Shown here: positions 24,568 through 37,320 of the stretch, in pieces
Layout: each line of letters opens with the position of its first letter
Position numbering within the stretch: the first letter of the stretch is position 1
The notes under the pieces: model-generated
Told to the model about the DNA's origin: nothing
The model's input: only the letters and a program-made list of their open reading frames with translations
The model's database searches: none
DNA from: Amphiscolops sp. MND2022
Lineage: Eukaryota
NCBI GenBank assembly: GCA_964187785.1
Contig: OZ076409.1
Span: 80,912,001 to 80,976,000, forward strand
DNA: 64,000 nucleotides
Reading direction: 5' to 3'
Position numbers and translations under genes: made by a program

Positions 24568-25503
24568 TGAAATCAAACAGCATAAAATATTTAAAATTGT
24601 CTGATCATCTGGTCGAAAAATATATTCATTGTCTGGTTCGTCTGGTCATAAAATGACCTTCATCTGGTCATCTGGTTCATCTGGTTAGTATCCATCTGGT
24701 CTTCTGGTCATCTGGTTGAACCGATATACTCGAATGCAGTCCAAATGATGATTGGGTCCACGTTGAGTTGAAGATCCGCAATGAGTTGACTATGAGGAAG
24801 TTTGATTCAGATGAATGAATTGTGAACGCTTTTACTGATTCACCTGACAAATAATGCAAACTGTCTGCGTACTCTGAACTATCCAATGCTTTAGCATTCC
24901 TTTTATAGAGAAGAGTCTACAAGAGAAAGAGAATTTCCAACAATTGGGTATTGGGTAACTTTTTTGCAGTAAGACTATTTTGCACGAAGCGCTTGTTTCT
25001 CAATTTTCAATGCTCTGGCATTCCGGAAACTAAGGGAAGATTTATAAAAAAGAATAATTTTCTCAAGAATTGCCGATAAGGAAGAAATAGGGTTATCTTT
25101 CGTGGTAAGGTTACTTTTCCAACAAAACAAGATACTGTTGACGTGGCAAATTTGGGCATGTCAGTGACGTACTGCAGTTTTATTGACTAATCGTAAAGAG
25201 TTTTCCTTAAATTTGCAATAAAAGCAATCATGGATAACATATCAGATAGCAAACAACTCATAAAAAACAAGGAATTACGATAATATATCAGAAAACAGCA
25301 ATAAACTGGATCTTAAGACACTTCTGACGAAATATTATCTCTTTTGTAACATTTGAACATCATCTCCAAAAATTCGAATAAAAACTGAAATTCAAAATTT
25401 TGTTTCCAAGAAATATATTCGTAACATACACCGCCCGCCTTGGTTCATTCGAATCAAAATGAGTTTGTGAATAACATAACATGTCAAGAGATGAGAGTTA
25501 TTT

Positions 25504-28500
25504 TCAGTCAGGAGGTAAAGGCAGTTTTTTGAGTTTGTGAACATCTCTGTTGTAGATTCCAGACTGCGTTCGAACTTTGACAACTCGCACAAAATTGTCA
25601 GGACCACTATATACGTATGAGATGCGTCCCAACGGCCACTGTAAAGTCGCCACATTGTCGTCTGTGATGAAGACAACATCACCAACTTTCAAATTGGTGA
25701 CTTGCTTGCACCACTTTTTCCTTTCCTGTAGAGACGTCGCGTATTCTTTGTGCCAACGCTTCTAGAAATGTAAGACCACGTTCTGAATATGCGCCCATTT
25801 GGCTGTTGAAGTACAATTGGCATTATCATTTTTCTTTGGGGTTTCTATTGTCGGGAAAGTTTCGAGTTTCGTTCCGCATATTCATTACAGTGCACAGGCA
25901 AGCTATTTTGCTGCTTCTCGTGGAATCCGGGACACGAAAATTGAGGAAAGTCGTGGAATCCAGGACAAATTTTCTCTTTGATGTTAAGCGTGTCTTGGAT
26001 TCCACGACAGTGCTTTTCCTGGATTCCACGCCAATACTGCTGCTTTAGTGACACTTTTGCCTTTTGCCACTGCTCTCTGATTGGTCCGCTGATTTTGAGT
26101 AATCATTTTTGGAAAGGTAGAAAAATTTAAATTATTTCAATTATATATCAATGGAACTTGTTTTGATTGACACGAAAAATCCAAAAAGTACGAATAGTGA
26201 TACTCATGACTGGTACCAAAATTGAAGCATGTCATTAAAAAATGGCAGATTGTGATGATCTGGCAGTTTGGTAAAGAACTGGTACTAAACTTCGAAAAAT
26301 ACGAATATTTTGTGTGATATTGTTGTCTTTGTCTGAATCATTTTGAACTATTATACGAAAAGTAGTGCATTATAAAATGTTTGTTCAGTCTTCCACTTGG
26401 ATTAAATTCAAGAAGAGATGCCGCGTATCGCGTCAAGCATAAAGTCGTGGAATCCAGGAAATTTATGGTTTCTGCAATCTGATTGGTTCATTTTGCAAAA
26501 CTTACGTTTTTGTGGAATCCGGGACACCGCTGCATGCCGACAGTGCGTACAGCTAAGCATTTGTTACTGGAATCCACGACGAAATCCGTGGAATCCGGAA
26601 CTTATGACGTTATTTGCCAATTTTGCACGGTTAAAGGTATGGTCATGGAAACCGAGATATTGAAAGAACAAAGTTGCGCTTTGAGCAAATAAGGCTTGCC
26701 TGTGCACTCTAATGTTAAATGCGCAGGCGTTAAAATTTCACCGTCGTTTGGATCTTTGGATAGAACACCGATCGGACGCGAATTCAAAATACTCTCAAAT
26801 TGACAAAATATTGTTGTCAGTTCTTCAAAAGTTAGGACGTGATTTCCCATTGTGCGCCCTAAATGATGTTTCGCGCTTTTTATACCAGCCTCCCACAAGC
26901 CACCAAAATGAGGGGCATTAGGAGGTATAAAATTCCACTCAATTAAAGACTAGCCGCTGAGAATCTTGGTATTTTGCGTTCAAGATTTTCAGCAACTTTT
27001 CAAGTGCGGATTGTGAACCAGTAAAGTTTGTTGCATTATCTGAGTACAATTTCCTGGGACAACCCCTTCGTGACGTTAAACGTCGTAATGCCGCAATACA
27101 AGCGTTTGTTGTTAGGTCTGACACAAGCTCCAATTGTACGGCCTTACTTGCAAAGCAGACAAATAACGCTAGATAGGCCTTGTTGCTAGATAGTCCGATC
27201 CGGACACTTTTAAGTAAAAAGGACCACCGAAATCTAATCATACGTCCTCAAAAGCTCTAGTCGGTACACTTATTCGTTCTCTTGGTAAATCACCCATTAG
27301 CGGTTCCTCCTTGTTACCAATAAAACGCGAACATGTCACGCAATTTAGAATCAATTTTCGCACTTGATTTCTGCAACCTGGTATACAGAAACGAGTTCTT
27401 ATTTGTGCAATAGTTTTTGTGGCTCCTCCGTGTAAAGTGGAGTGATGAGCGTCTAAGATGACCAGTCTTGCTAATTCGCTTTTCCCAGGAATCAGTCTTT
27501 GATACTTAGTTTCGTCTGGAAGGTCAGCTCGGGCTAGCCGGCCACCCACACACAGAATACCTTCATGCAAGAACGGATAAAGTATACTCAGTTTGCTCTG
27601 TGACTTTACTTGTGTCTTTGTCTCAAGTGTTTTATTTTCATTAGTGAAAAAATTGTATTGCTTCTGGCGTAGTGAAGTTTCTAAAGCTTCTTGCATCTCT
27701 GTTGGCGTTAGAAGTTGCTACAATTTGTTTTCTTGCGTTTACACTTATCAATGAATTGCCTGATTTGGACTACTATCCGAAGCGTTTTTCGGAAAGAGTT
27801 TTGCTCGCCTAAGTTGATTACATCACCGCGGTGATCTTTTGGTTCTTGAAATTGCGTTGCAAGCGTTCGTATTGTCCTAGCGCAGTGTTTCTTTTTTTCA
27901 CTAGTGCCTTGCGGCTGCAACTGTTCGGGAAAGTTTTCTGTAGTGAGCCACTGAGGGCCAGACCACAACAAGGAACAATTTTTCAACTTCGATGGCGTAA
28001 AACCGCTCAATGCGTAAACTCAGTTTGCTCAGACTTTCTGAGACTGCATTCATTAACTTAAAACCTAGCAGTGCTGCACTCAGTTTTAAACGAGGAACTG
28101 ACTGTGCTTTTAAAGGGGCAATTTTTGCTTTGGCAGATAACAGAGTTGCTCTCCGCCCGCCCTTTTCATCTGCGGCTACTACATAAATGCAAGCGCCATA
28201 ACCAGTCTCTGACGCGTCACAGAAGACATGCATTGCAACCAACTCTGTTTGCTTCTCCTTGAGAACGAACCTGCTAAGTTCTATTTCTCTCAGATCTATC
28301 AGTTTTGATCTCCATTCCAAGTAGTTTTCTGCTAAGTTGTCAGGAAGATAGTCATCCCAATCCAACTTGGCAACCCAAATTTCTTGCATCAAGCTTTTCA
28401 ACTTGATGCTTATTGGCGACAGCCAGCCCAGTGGGTCAAAAATTTTCGATATGTCACTCAAAACCTGCCGTTTTGTAAGTGCCTTTGCTGGAATTGTTTC

Positions 28501-31424
28501 GTCAATGTGTTTTACTTTGAAATGAGATACGTCCAATTTCGGATTCCACACGATCCCCAATGTTTTGATGGTGTTTGTGTCTTGGAGAAATTTGAGGTCT
28601 TCGTTCGCCTCTAGATATTCTGGAGGTAAAGACAACGTGACTTGCGGTTCGCTACACGTCCACTTCCTCAAATAGAATTGTCCCTTTTTCAAAGTGTTAA
28701 TCAGGCTTGTCTGGAGTTCTTTAGCTTCCTGTTCACTAGGTGCTCCTGTTAGAATGTCATCGACATAAAAATCCTGTAGGATTGCCTTAGACGTTTCGCT
28801 TGGATTGTCATCAGCCTTTGCACATTCTGATACTGAACGGATTAAATGATAGGAAGAGCTTGCTACGCCATACGTAACTCTTGTCATGCGTCTATGGTAA
28901 TCGCAAAAATCTTCACTGAGCTCGACTTGTCATTTTAGCTACATCTGCACTCATCCCGATTTTGAAAAAGCGAAATTGAATCAAAATATCAAAATTGTCA
29001 TCCTGGAGTTTAGGACCTACCATGAGACACTCATTCAACGATATTCCTGAAGTAGTCTTCGCAATCGCGTCAAAAACTACCCTCAACTTCGTGGTGGTGC
29101 TGTCTGATTTCAGAACAAAGTGATGTGGTAAGTATTAGCACCTTTTTTCTCTAACTCTTTTTCAGGCACTTTTTCTAAATGACCTAAGTCAAGGAAATCT
29201 CTCAAGAATTTGCTGTACTCTTCGAGTAATTTTTTGTTGCTCAAAAGTTTTTTCTCTACGTTTAGGAAACGTTTCATCGCAGCTGCTTTACTAAGGCCTA
29301 GTTTTTCAATTTTCTCATTGAATGGCAATTCAACAACGAATCGGCTATCATCGCTGCGTTTTGTGGTTGGATCGAATGAATTGAATTTGACATTCTTTCT
29401 CTTCGTTTGAGAGATGTTTTTTGTCGGGAACGTTTTCTAATTCCCAAAATTTTGGAATTAGGTCTTCAGTGCAGCTTGAAGATGCAATCAGTGACGTATT
29501 GGCTAAAATTGGAAAATTGTTTTCCGATTCTGATTTTTGGACAGGTCCAGAAACAATCCATCCAATGAAAGATTCACGTATGACGACACCATTGTCTTTA
29601 ATTTTTAATTCGATTATCTAACATCACTTCTTCAAGCACATCAGCGCCTAGAAGATAGTCTATTTTACCTGGCACATTGAACGTGGGGTCTGCTAACTGC
29701 AGATGTTTGACATGACGCAATTGAGAAACAACAATTGGTTTTGTAGGTATTTCGTTCGTAATTTTTGGAAATACATGGAGATTGGTCTCAACAACATCGT
29801 TGATTTTCATTGCAATCAAGCCCAGGATTTTCTGCGTTTTTGCAGCTCCGAGAGCAGCGATTGGTAGTTGTGGTTTTTCAATTGGAAGCATAAGGGCCTT
29901 CGCCTTAGCCTCGGTTATAAAACTAGCTTGCGAGCCGGAATCTAGAAGTGCACGCATCGAAATTTCATTGCCAGCCTTATCACGAAGCGACACGTAGGCT
30001 GTTGACAACGAAACATTGTTAAACGTCAAAAAATGAGAGGGAGAAGAATGCAGTCGGCATTCTGTTGTTGCGTTGCAGTGACTATTTACAACGGTTTCGT
30101 GGTTTTTCTTTATTGTTTCAGTGCTAGCTGCATTTGACTGGATCGTTCTTCTAATCGATGAGTTTGCTTGCAAACGCTTGTCGCGATGCAAGAGAGTGTG
30201 GTGCTTCATTTTGCACTCTCTGCAGGTATACTTAGAGGTACATGCACCCACTCCATGACCAGATTGCAAACAATTGAAACATAACTGTTTTGACCTAACA
30301 AGTTTTGTCCTATCAGAAACTGACAGACTTTCAAAATTCGGACGCGCATGAATTTTTTTGAGGCTCAGAACATGATTCGTTACAGACACTTACTGTTAAA
30401 TAAGATTGGATTCTACGGTCTTTCTTTGTATTGTTAGTATTGCTCGATTGGGCTTGGGAATATTATCTAACATTGCCAAGTTCGAGAGCTCGACTTCTGG
30501 AATCTGAAAACTTCACGAGATTTTGTCACTGTAAAAGATCGTGCCTGGATGGGCCAATTGCCATTGTTTTTTCGATTCATTATTTAATTTTTCCGGAATC
30601 CAAAACATCAACAATGAGTTCCACGCATGTGTTGGTTCGCCTAGTTCTTCTAACGCTCTCAAATGTTCGTTTGTTGTCTCTAGAATTTTGCCCAACCCTA
30701 GACCAGATTCACACTTCATGCTAGGTTGAGACCATATCACTTTCAAATGCGCCTGCACAATGCAACGCTTGTTTTCGTACCTATCTCGCAGGAGAGTCAA
30801 GGCGATTTCATAATTGGCATCTGTATACATAAGCGAGCTTATAAGTTTTGCAGCATCTCCCTTGAGACAAGCTCGAAGGTAGTTCAACTTTTCTGACTTG
30901 GTTAATTGCATATTTGAATCTACGGATGCTTTAAAAAGTTCTATGAATGAAGTCCATTCAGTGTAAGAGCCTGTAAAACTTGGCAATTAGGGTTTTGGCA
31001 GTTTCATTTTACTGGTGGTGGTTCCTGAAGTGACGTCAGAAGTCGAAGTTCTACGTGACAATGCTTTTTGTTTGTATGTATTAATGAGTGACTCTAAACG
31101 AGCAATTGCAATACCTGCTTTTTTGTCAAAAGTAGCACTTGAATCAATTTCAGAACTCAACTCGTCCTCATCGTCTATCAAAATTTCAATTTCGTCATCT
31201 TAACGATGAACTAATTTCCATCGATTTTTTAAATTGGCTAAAAGAGCTTCTGCTTCACAAAGTTGTTCCTCGTTTACTATCGATTGCGACAACAGAAGAT
31301 CAATTTTGGACTCCGATTTAGTGAAGGCACTTTTATGCTCGCCACGAATGCGAATTAGTTTTTCAACATCACCTTTGGGTTCGATGTTAGAACTACTTGT
31401 TTCGTTTTCTGCCATTGTTATCAA
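25504..31424 (-). pseudogene. BEL-2 gag-pol polyprotein (gag, PR, RT, RNase H, IN), many stops/frameshifts
   Basis: LPSFTGSYTEW, CFNCL..H..C..C..C...HH, RALLDSGSQASFI, RVTYG, FYVDD, FDPLGWL, HVFCDASE, YSDNATNF, WEAGIKS, WPLGRI. Confidence 0.93.
25883..26714. mobile_element. CACTA/EnSpm-like MITE in BEL-2 integrase
   Basis: TIR catta(c/g)agtgcacaggcaagc; removal with a 2-bp TT duplication restores codons PAHLICGTKL; subterminal gtggaatcc/ggattccac repeats. Confidence 0.75.
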
Positions 31425-31737
31425 CTGTTATTTAACCTTTTTTCCAAAAACAAATTATGACATTGGAAAATCTTGGTTTTCCGTAAGAAAAAGTTCCGAT
31501 GCGTAGGTGAGAGAAAAACGCGGTCTTTTAGGTCTAACTTGACAACAATCGAGTGAATAAACACTCAAGAAGTCACCAAGAAAGAAGAAGAATTCGAAAC
31601 GCATGCTAAAGGACGCAACTTTAGCCTTATAGAACAAATTGAAATCGCACTCGACAACAATCGGGCGAGAAAACACCCAAGAAGTCACCAAGTGCAATAT
31701 TACAAACTTTTAGTGGCTGAACGACAAAAAACTAACG

Positions 31738-32334
31738 CTATTTTTTCTTTGCGAGTCGTTTCCGTCGCTTTTGTGATAGATTCTTCTTGGATTTTGATCG
31801 ATTTCTCCTCAGAAGGCTTTGGAGATTGTTTTGATGATGCAGAATGATTTGCAGGATATGGAGTTCAATGCGTTCCAATGGATGCAGTTTCCACAACTTT
31901 AGACTAAATGCAGTTGATCTCTTTTTTCGATTGGATAGCAAATGTTGTTTTGGACTGATTGTGATGTACAAGGCTTGAACCAGCTTTTTGTGGATATTCG
32001 GGGTTCCAATTCTTTGATTGTAAATACTAGCAGTGATTTGTTCTCGAAAAAGCTCCAAAATTTTGATGAAAACGTCGAGTGAGCAGTTCTGATTGCTGTT
32101 ACTCCTATGCGAGGATAGGGAATTGTTCACAGGATCATGCAAAACAACGATTTTTTTACATCTTTTCAGCCCTTTTTTGAGTAAATTTTGAAGTTGCTTG
32201 TTTGGGTTTTTGGCTGTAAGGTGAAAACTCAACCCAGGCACTTCAAAAACTTTACCTTGAATGCTTTTGCGGATTGAAGTTGGGGTTTTGTCGATGGCTC
32301 TTCTCAAGGAGCTTGCTCCAATGATATAAACCAT
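31738..32334 (-). CDS. Accessory ORF of BEL-2, SGNH/GDSL-like fold with basic C-terminus (~198 aa)
   Basis: Uninterrupted ORF between PBS and gag; VYIIGASS, VPGLSF, IVVLHDPVNNSL and LHP resemble SGNH blocks I, II, III and V; ends RRNRSKSKKNLSQKRRKRLAKKK. Confidence 0.55.
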   Translation of the reverse strand: MVYIIGASSLRRAIDKTPTSIRKSIQGKVFEVPGLSFHLTAKNPNKQLQNLLKKGLKRCKKIVVLHDPVNNSLSSHRSNSNQNCSLDVFIKILELFREQITASIYNQRIGTPNIHKKLVQALYITISPKQHLLSNRKKRSTAFSLKLWKLHPLERIELHILQIILHHQNNLQSLLRRNRSKSKKNLSQKRRKRLAKKK

Positions 32335-32348
32335 TCGAAAATGAAATA

Positions 32349-32490
32349 TGTGGTAGAAGCAAACGTCCAAACTACCACAATTTTATGTCCCTTGATAGTC
32401 AGTTGTGGCAGTCGCAAACGTCCAAACTACCACAGAACCAAGCTTTTGTATTTGTGAAGTGTGGCAGACGCAAACGTCCAAACTACCACA
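32349..32490 (-). promoter_or_regulatory. Three 31-bp stem-loop repeats next to the BEL-2 PBS (candidate packaging/dimerisation signal)
   Basis: tgtggYagNNgcaaacgtccaaactaccaca at 32349-32379, 32404-32434 and 32460-32490, separated by unrelated 24- and 25-bp spacers. Confidence 0.6.
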
Positions 32491-32526
32491 CGTTTGACAG
32501 AAAGTCCGGGTCGACGGACCAAAAAA

Positions 32527-33100
32527 TGTTCTCGAGGCTCTTTAACCCTTTGGTCAACAATTCAATAAGATATCGGTGGACAACTCTGGCATTCCAGAGA
32601 ACAAAGGAATATTCGTTAGCTAGCGCTGCTGAACAGTCTTAGATTGCTAGAAAGTGAATGCAGTCCAAATGATGATTGGGTCCACGTTGAGTTGTAGATC
32701 CTCAATGAGTTGACCATGAGGTAGTTTGATTCAGATGAATGAATTGTGAACGCTTTTACTGATTCACCTGACAAATAATGCAAACTGTCTGCGTACCCTA
32801 AACTGTTCAATGCTCTAGCATTCCAGAGAATAGAGAATATTCTACAAGAGAAAGAGAATTTCCAACGATTGGGTATTGGGTAACATTTTTGCCATAAGAA
32901 GATTTTGCACGAAGCGGTTTTTTCTCAATTTTCAATGCTCTGGCATTCCGGAAACTAAGGGAAGATTTATAAAAAAAGAATAATTTTCTCAAGAATTGCC
33001 GATAAGGAAGAAATAGGGTTATCTTTCGTGGTAAGGTTACTTTTCCAACAAAACAAGATACTGTTGACGTGGCAAATTTGGGCATGTCAGTGACGTAACT
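32527..33100 (-). repeat. Truncated 5' LTR of BEL-2
   Basis: Matches 21320-21462 and 24741-25174; the part equivalent to 25175-25426 is missing. Confidence 0.88.
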
Positions 33101-36100
33101 GCCATGAAATCAGCGCTGAGATTTGGTTTGGACCAACTAAAAATAACAAATGCCCGCCTTGTGTGGCACCATCAGGGCAGTTCGCAAGTGAAGCATCCGA
33201 AAAGCTGACCACCTTCCAGTGGGAAACATCAGCCCCCATGTTTGAAATATACATTTCAGGGATTTCGCTGGTCTGTATACGTCGAATCGTCTTATTAATT
33301 GCTAAATTATCACCGACTGTGCTCGTTTCAATTTTTGCAATAACCGAAGCCACAAAAAACGATAATTGTGGTACCACTTGAACAGCCAACCATTGTAGTT
33401 TCCCAAGAATTTTCCTAATTTGAAGTTTCTGTTCATGTGATGTTGGAGTGCACTTGTTGTACTGTGCGTATGACATCACAACTGGAATCTCCTCGATTGT
33501 TGACAAATGAATAGATATTTTCACACGAATACCATTTGCGTCCCGTGAGAGGTCTAAGCCAAGGTAGCGGCATGGTAACGACTTCCTGGAGCCTATCAAA
33601 AACGTTGACGCCAATTTGTTAAATACATTATGGAAAAACAATTGTGATCCAGCTACACAAACGTCATCGACATGAACGGAAATGATGCCATGTAAAATTC
33701 CATTGATCGTAAAGGAGAAAACAGACAAATCATGCGCCGAAGCTGAACAACCAAGGGCTAAGAATTCAGCCTTCAATCGATTGTATCACAGTTACGACGC
33801 ATCGTTAAGGCCATACACGGTTTTTCAAAGCTTCCACAGAGACAGTGTGTCTGCTTCAGGTGGCGGTTTCAAAAACACATCGCGATCAATTGGTTCGCCT
33901 TGGAAAAATGCCCTCGTCACATCAAGAATTTCCATTTTCTATAATGGCTGACGGGCTAATATAGCCAGCATGACTCTAAAAGAGTCCTTTGCACTTGTTG
34001 GCGAGTCACATACCAGAGATTCTGTAATCTCTTCAAATCCCCGTGCGACTAGTCTGGCTTTCAATCAGCCATCATCCTTTTCGGTTAGCACCCATCTAGT
34101 CGTGATAACAGGTTGTCCCTTGTCTGGTACCGTGCTAAAAACACCATTTTGTCGCCAGTTTCGCATTTCCTCAATCTTGGCATCTGCGAACACATCTTCA
34201 GTGGTGACCAGAACATTTTCACCTCCGACTGGCTCCCATTGCTTCACATCACAACCAAAATCGACGGGACCAATTTTGCCAGAAACAGCTTCTGGAGCTA
34301 AATATTCCACCTTCAGCCAATTTGTATGTTTGCCGGTAGGTTTTCCAGCTCTACCAACAACACGGCCTCATATTCGTCGCCGGCGTCATATTTGGTAACA
34401 GTTGAAAACTTGATGACCTGGTTTTTCGTGAGTAAAGCTAACTCTTTAGTTTGATTGAATGGGTTCGTAACGACATTTTCCTGTTGTGTCAGCACTTCTT
34501 GAACATCAGAAGCATCAGAAACGACGGATTCGGCAGGTTCGGTTAGAACATTCATTGCCCGGATTAGATTGTGTTAACGTAGGACCATCAAGGTCATCAA
34601 AAGATTCCATATTTGTGACAGAATCCACCTCTCCGTGGACAGGTTTGGTGACATCACCCGTAATGCACTCCATCACTTCGTCTAACAATCATTCTCGTGA
34701 AAACGTCTGAGGCTATGTTTGTGAACCTTCACAATCTGGCCTCCATGTCGCACAATAACAACGTGCCCGTCGATTCCAAAAACTCTGGCCTGACCCCTCC
34801 ACTCTGATTCATTTTAACGCCTAAAATAGACACAATCTCCAACGTCTACCAAACAGGTTGAGGCACGATTTTGCTTTGCAGCGCTCGTTTCAGACGATCT
34901 GAGCACTCTGCTTGTATATATGCCTTCCTAGACTCATGGAAAAGTAAAAGACGTTTCTGTACGGACTCAGACGTTGTGTAATTTTCCAAAGCAGGTGGCT
35001 CTGGCAAACGGGGATTGCGTCCTAATACAATCTTACAAGGAGAGAATCCATCCTTGCTCAAAAGTGAATTTTTAGAACCACAACAGTATTTCAGAATCGT
35101 CTCGTCACTGAAGGTGTGAGAATATTCGGCACGTAATTTTAGGAACAATTCGGTTGGCGTAGCGTTAAGGCGTTCGCAAATTGCATTAGACCAAGGACTT
35201 TCAGCTGCCGTGTTTTGCAAAATAATACCATAATTCTCGGCCAAGGAGACAAAACGTTGATTATCAAACTCACCGCCGTTGTCAGTGAGTGTTTTTAGCG
35301 GCACGCCGAAAATACTGATCCAGTCGTCGATGCACCGTGAAATTATGGTTTCTGGCTTTTTATCACAGATGAATACAGCTCTGCTATATCTTGAAATTAC
35401 GTCAATAAAATGAAGGTAAAATTTGTTCTTATCGATTTGATGAAGATCCATTGCCACAGTTTCAATAAAACTCGTCGCTAACGGAGCGCTAACAATTGGA
35501 CGAGGTTTAGCACGTCCAAATTGGACTCATATATCACATTTTGACAAAACTTTCTCTATTACCGATATATCCACATCACATCCAGCATTCTGTCGAAAGG
35601 ATTTTAGACAATCAGTACGGCAATGAGCCAGTTGCTTGTGAACCTTGAGAATCTGCATTTCGTCCAAAGTTTCTGATCTGGCTACAAATATTTCTGACGA
35701 CAAAAAATCTTGCTTCTGGGTTGGAGAGGCAATCCCAAATGGCCAGAAGACAACATAACGAGCGGAAGATATAAACGTAACGAGTGATTCAAATGTAACA
35801 TTTATTCGTACTGTGTCTATAATTGCGCCCATTTTGTCTAACGATTTCACACTCACTAACAGTGGTAATTTGTCAGGGACAACTCGTATAGCCAGAAAAC
35901 ACGAGATATTACGTATTTGAACAAGAATACGTGCGTTCAATGTCGACATAACTTTATTTCCGTCTCCAAAAACCACGAAAGCATGTCAATTTCTGTCTTC
36001 ACTGACTTCTAATTCTTTGGGCAGTTTCGATTTGTACTTTGAATACCATGTAAACCCAGCGATTGACATGGTACATCCAGTGTCTACAATTCCTAGATGT

Positions 36101-37078
36101 TCTGTTTCTGTAGGGAAGCAATTAGACATGCTGGCAGAAACAATATAGTTTGTTTCGACGGCACCAGTTAGTTTTTTTGGTTTCTGTGACTCAGGGCAGT
36201 TTTTACGCCAGTGAAGAAGCGATACACAGTGATCACAGGTGGTGATAAAACCAGAACTACCAACAGGATTAGTACCATTTTTAGCCGTCCTAATTAGCAT
36301 GAAACCACGTCCACGTGGGAACAGACGTTTCGGCAAAGACGTTTTGGCAAAAAAAACTCGAGACGTTTCGGCAAGTTTTTCATGCCGAAACGTCCCGTAT
36401 TATCTTGGTTTTGTTGTTGGTTTTTTACAAACTGGTTAGGTCCAGTTTGTAGAATACCAGTTTGTAGAATTCTGGAATTGAAGAAAAACGACAAGATCAT
36501 TAAGGTAGGAATGATGCATGGCCTAAAAGTTGCCTCGGATATGTCCTCATTTCTTCTAGTGCTCCGCGGCCACTTGCGGCCGCTTATATTCCTATCTTGC
36601 TATGCGAGGTCGAACAGGAGCAAAAACCTAGCGGGAACGAAGATCGCGAAGCAATCGTAATGGGAGCTGGTCTTTGCGACGGTGAGTGCGAGCGTGCATA
36701 CACCGGATATGCCCCACAAATCATACGAAACGTTTCGGCAAATGTTTTTAGCCTGAGAGGTTTCGGCATATTTGTTTTGCCGAAACGTCCGCCGACATGT
36801 TCTTTCCGAAACGTCTTTTGTCGAAACGTCCGGAATCCGTCCACGTTCTCTAGAGTTCATTCCACGGTCACCTTGCATCCGGTGACCATAAGAGGCTCTA
36901 CTATCCGCGGACTCTGGATCTTCACCACAGCCACTATCTTCTGATAGACAATCTGTGACAAATGTGGGCTCGGGTTTGACTACTGGAGCAGAGGTCGGAG
37001 GCCCGGACGTAGTCTGACCGAAAATTCGCCGCAGTGACGACTTCATCGCTTGGCAGTCGCCGACAAAACCATTTGCCT
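33098..37078 (-). mobile_element. Ty1/Copia (GalEa-like) retrotransposon remnant: gag-PR-IN-RT-RNase H
   Basis: CDHCVSLLHWRKNCP knuckle, IVDTGC protease, TDNGGEF/SPWSNAICERLN integrase, ARLVARGFEE and VHVDD RT, FSDASLAN RNase H, in Copia order. No LTRs visible. Confidence 0.9.
36317..36838. mobile_element. MITE C (GG...CC termini, 8-bp TSD) in Copia gag
   Basis: TIRs built from gacgtttcggc repeats; TSD gtccacgt (36309-36316, 36839-36846). Confidence 0.85.
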
Positions 37079-37320
37079 GGGTGGCTGTAATTAGGTCGAA
37101 TTTTTCTGGTCGAAAGGACAGAGGTCGAATCTTTTGATCGAATTGCAGGGATCGAATGGAATGCGGTCGAACTTTATCGTATTTGTTTGGCTCGGTCGCT
37201 TCGCTCTCTTCGCCAAGTAGCAACATTGAGGCATGGCCATATGGCACGTCGCTCCGCTTCGCTTCGCTCCTGCATTCAGGGCACTAGGGGTATGTGAACA
37301 TATCTGACTACGTTATTGCA
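37079..37320 (-). mobile_element. MITE family A copy, cut by the assembly gap
   Basis: Starts gggtggctgtaattaggtcgaa and matches the family A body. Confidence 0.88.

Larger units (their letters stand above)
21463..24731 (-). mobile_element. Mutator-like DNA transposon (MULE) inserted in the BEL-2 3' LTR
   Basis: Perfect 9-bp TSD gaatgcagt (21454-21462, 24732-24740), GAG...CTC termini, TIRs built from accagatg repeats. Confidence 0.9.
21320..33100 (-). mobile_element. BEL/Pao LTR retrotransposon (BEL-2) with extra ORF before gag; 5' LTR truncated
   Basis: 3' LTR = 21320-21462 + 24741-25426 (split by a MULE), PPT aaggcgggcggtgta adjacent at 25427-25441. 5' LTR remnant 32527-~33100; PBS tggtccgtcgacccgga at ~32505-32521. 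Confidence 0.9.

Noticed and set aside
32349..32490. CRISPR array (31-bp palindromic repeats with unique spacers)
   Set aside because: Only three units, no cas genes, eukaryotic context, and located in a retrotransposon leader; reported as RNA stem-loops instead.
36600..37247. 215-aa ORF as an independent gene
   Set aside because: Chimera of MITE A, Copia gag and MITE C sequence.
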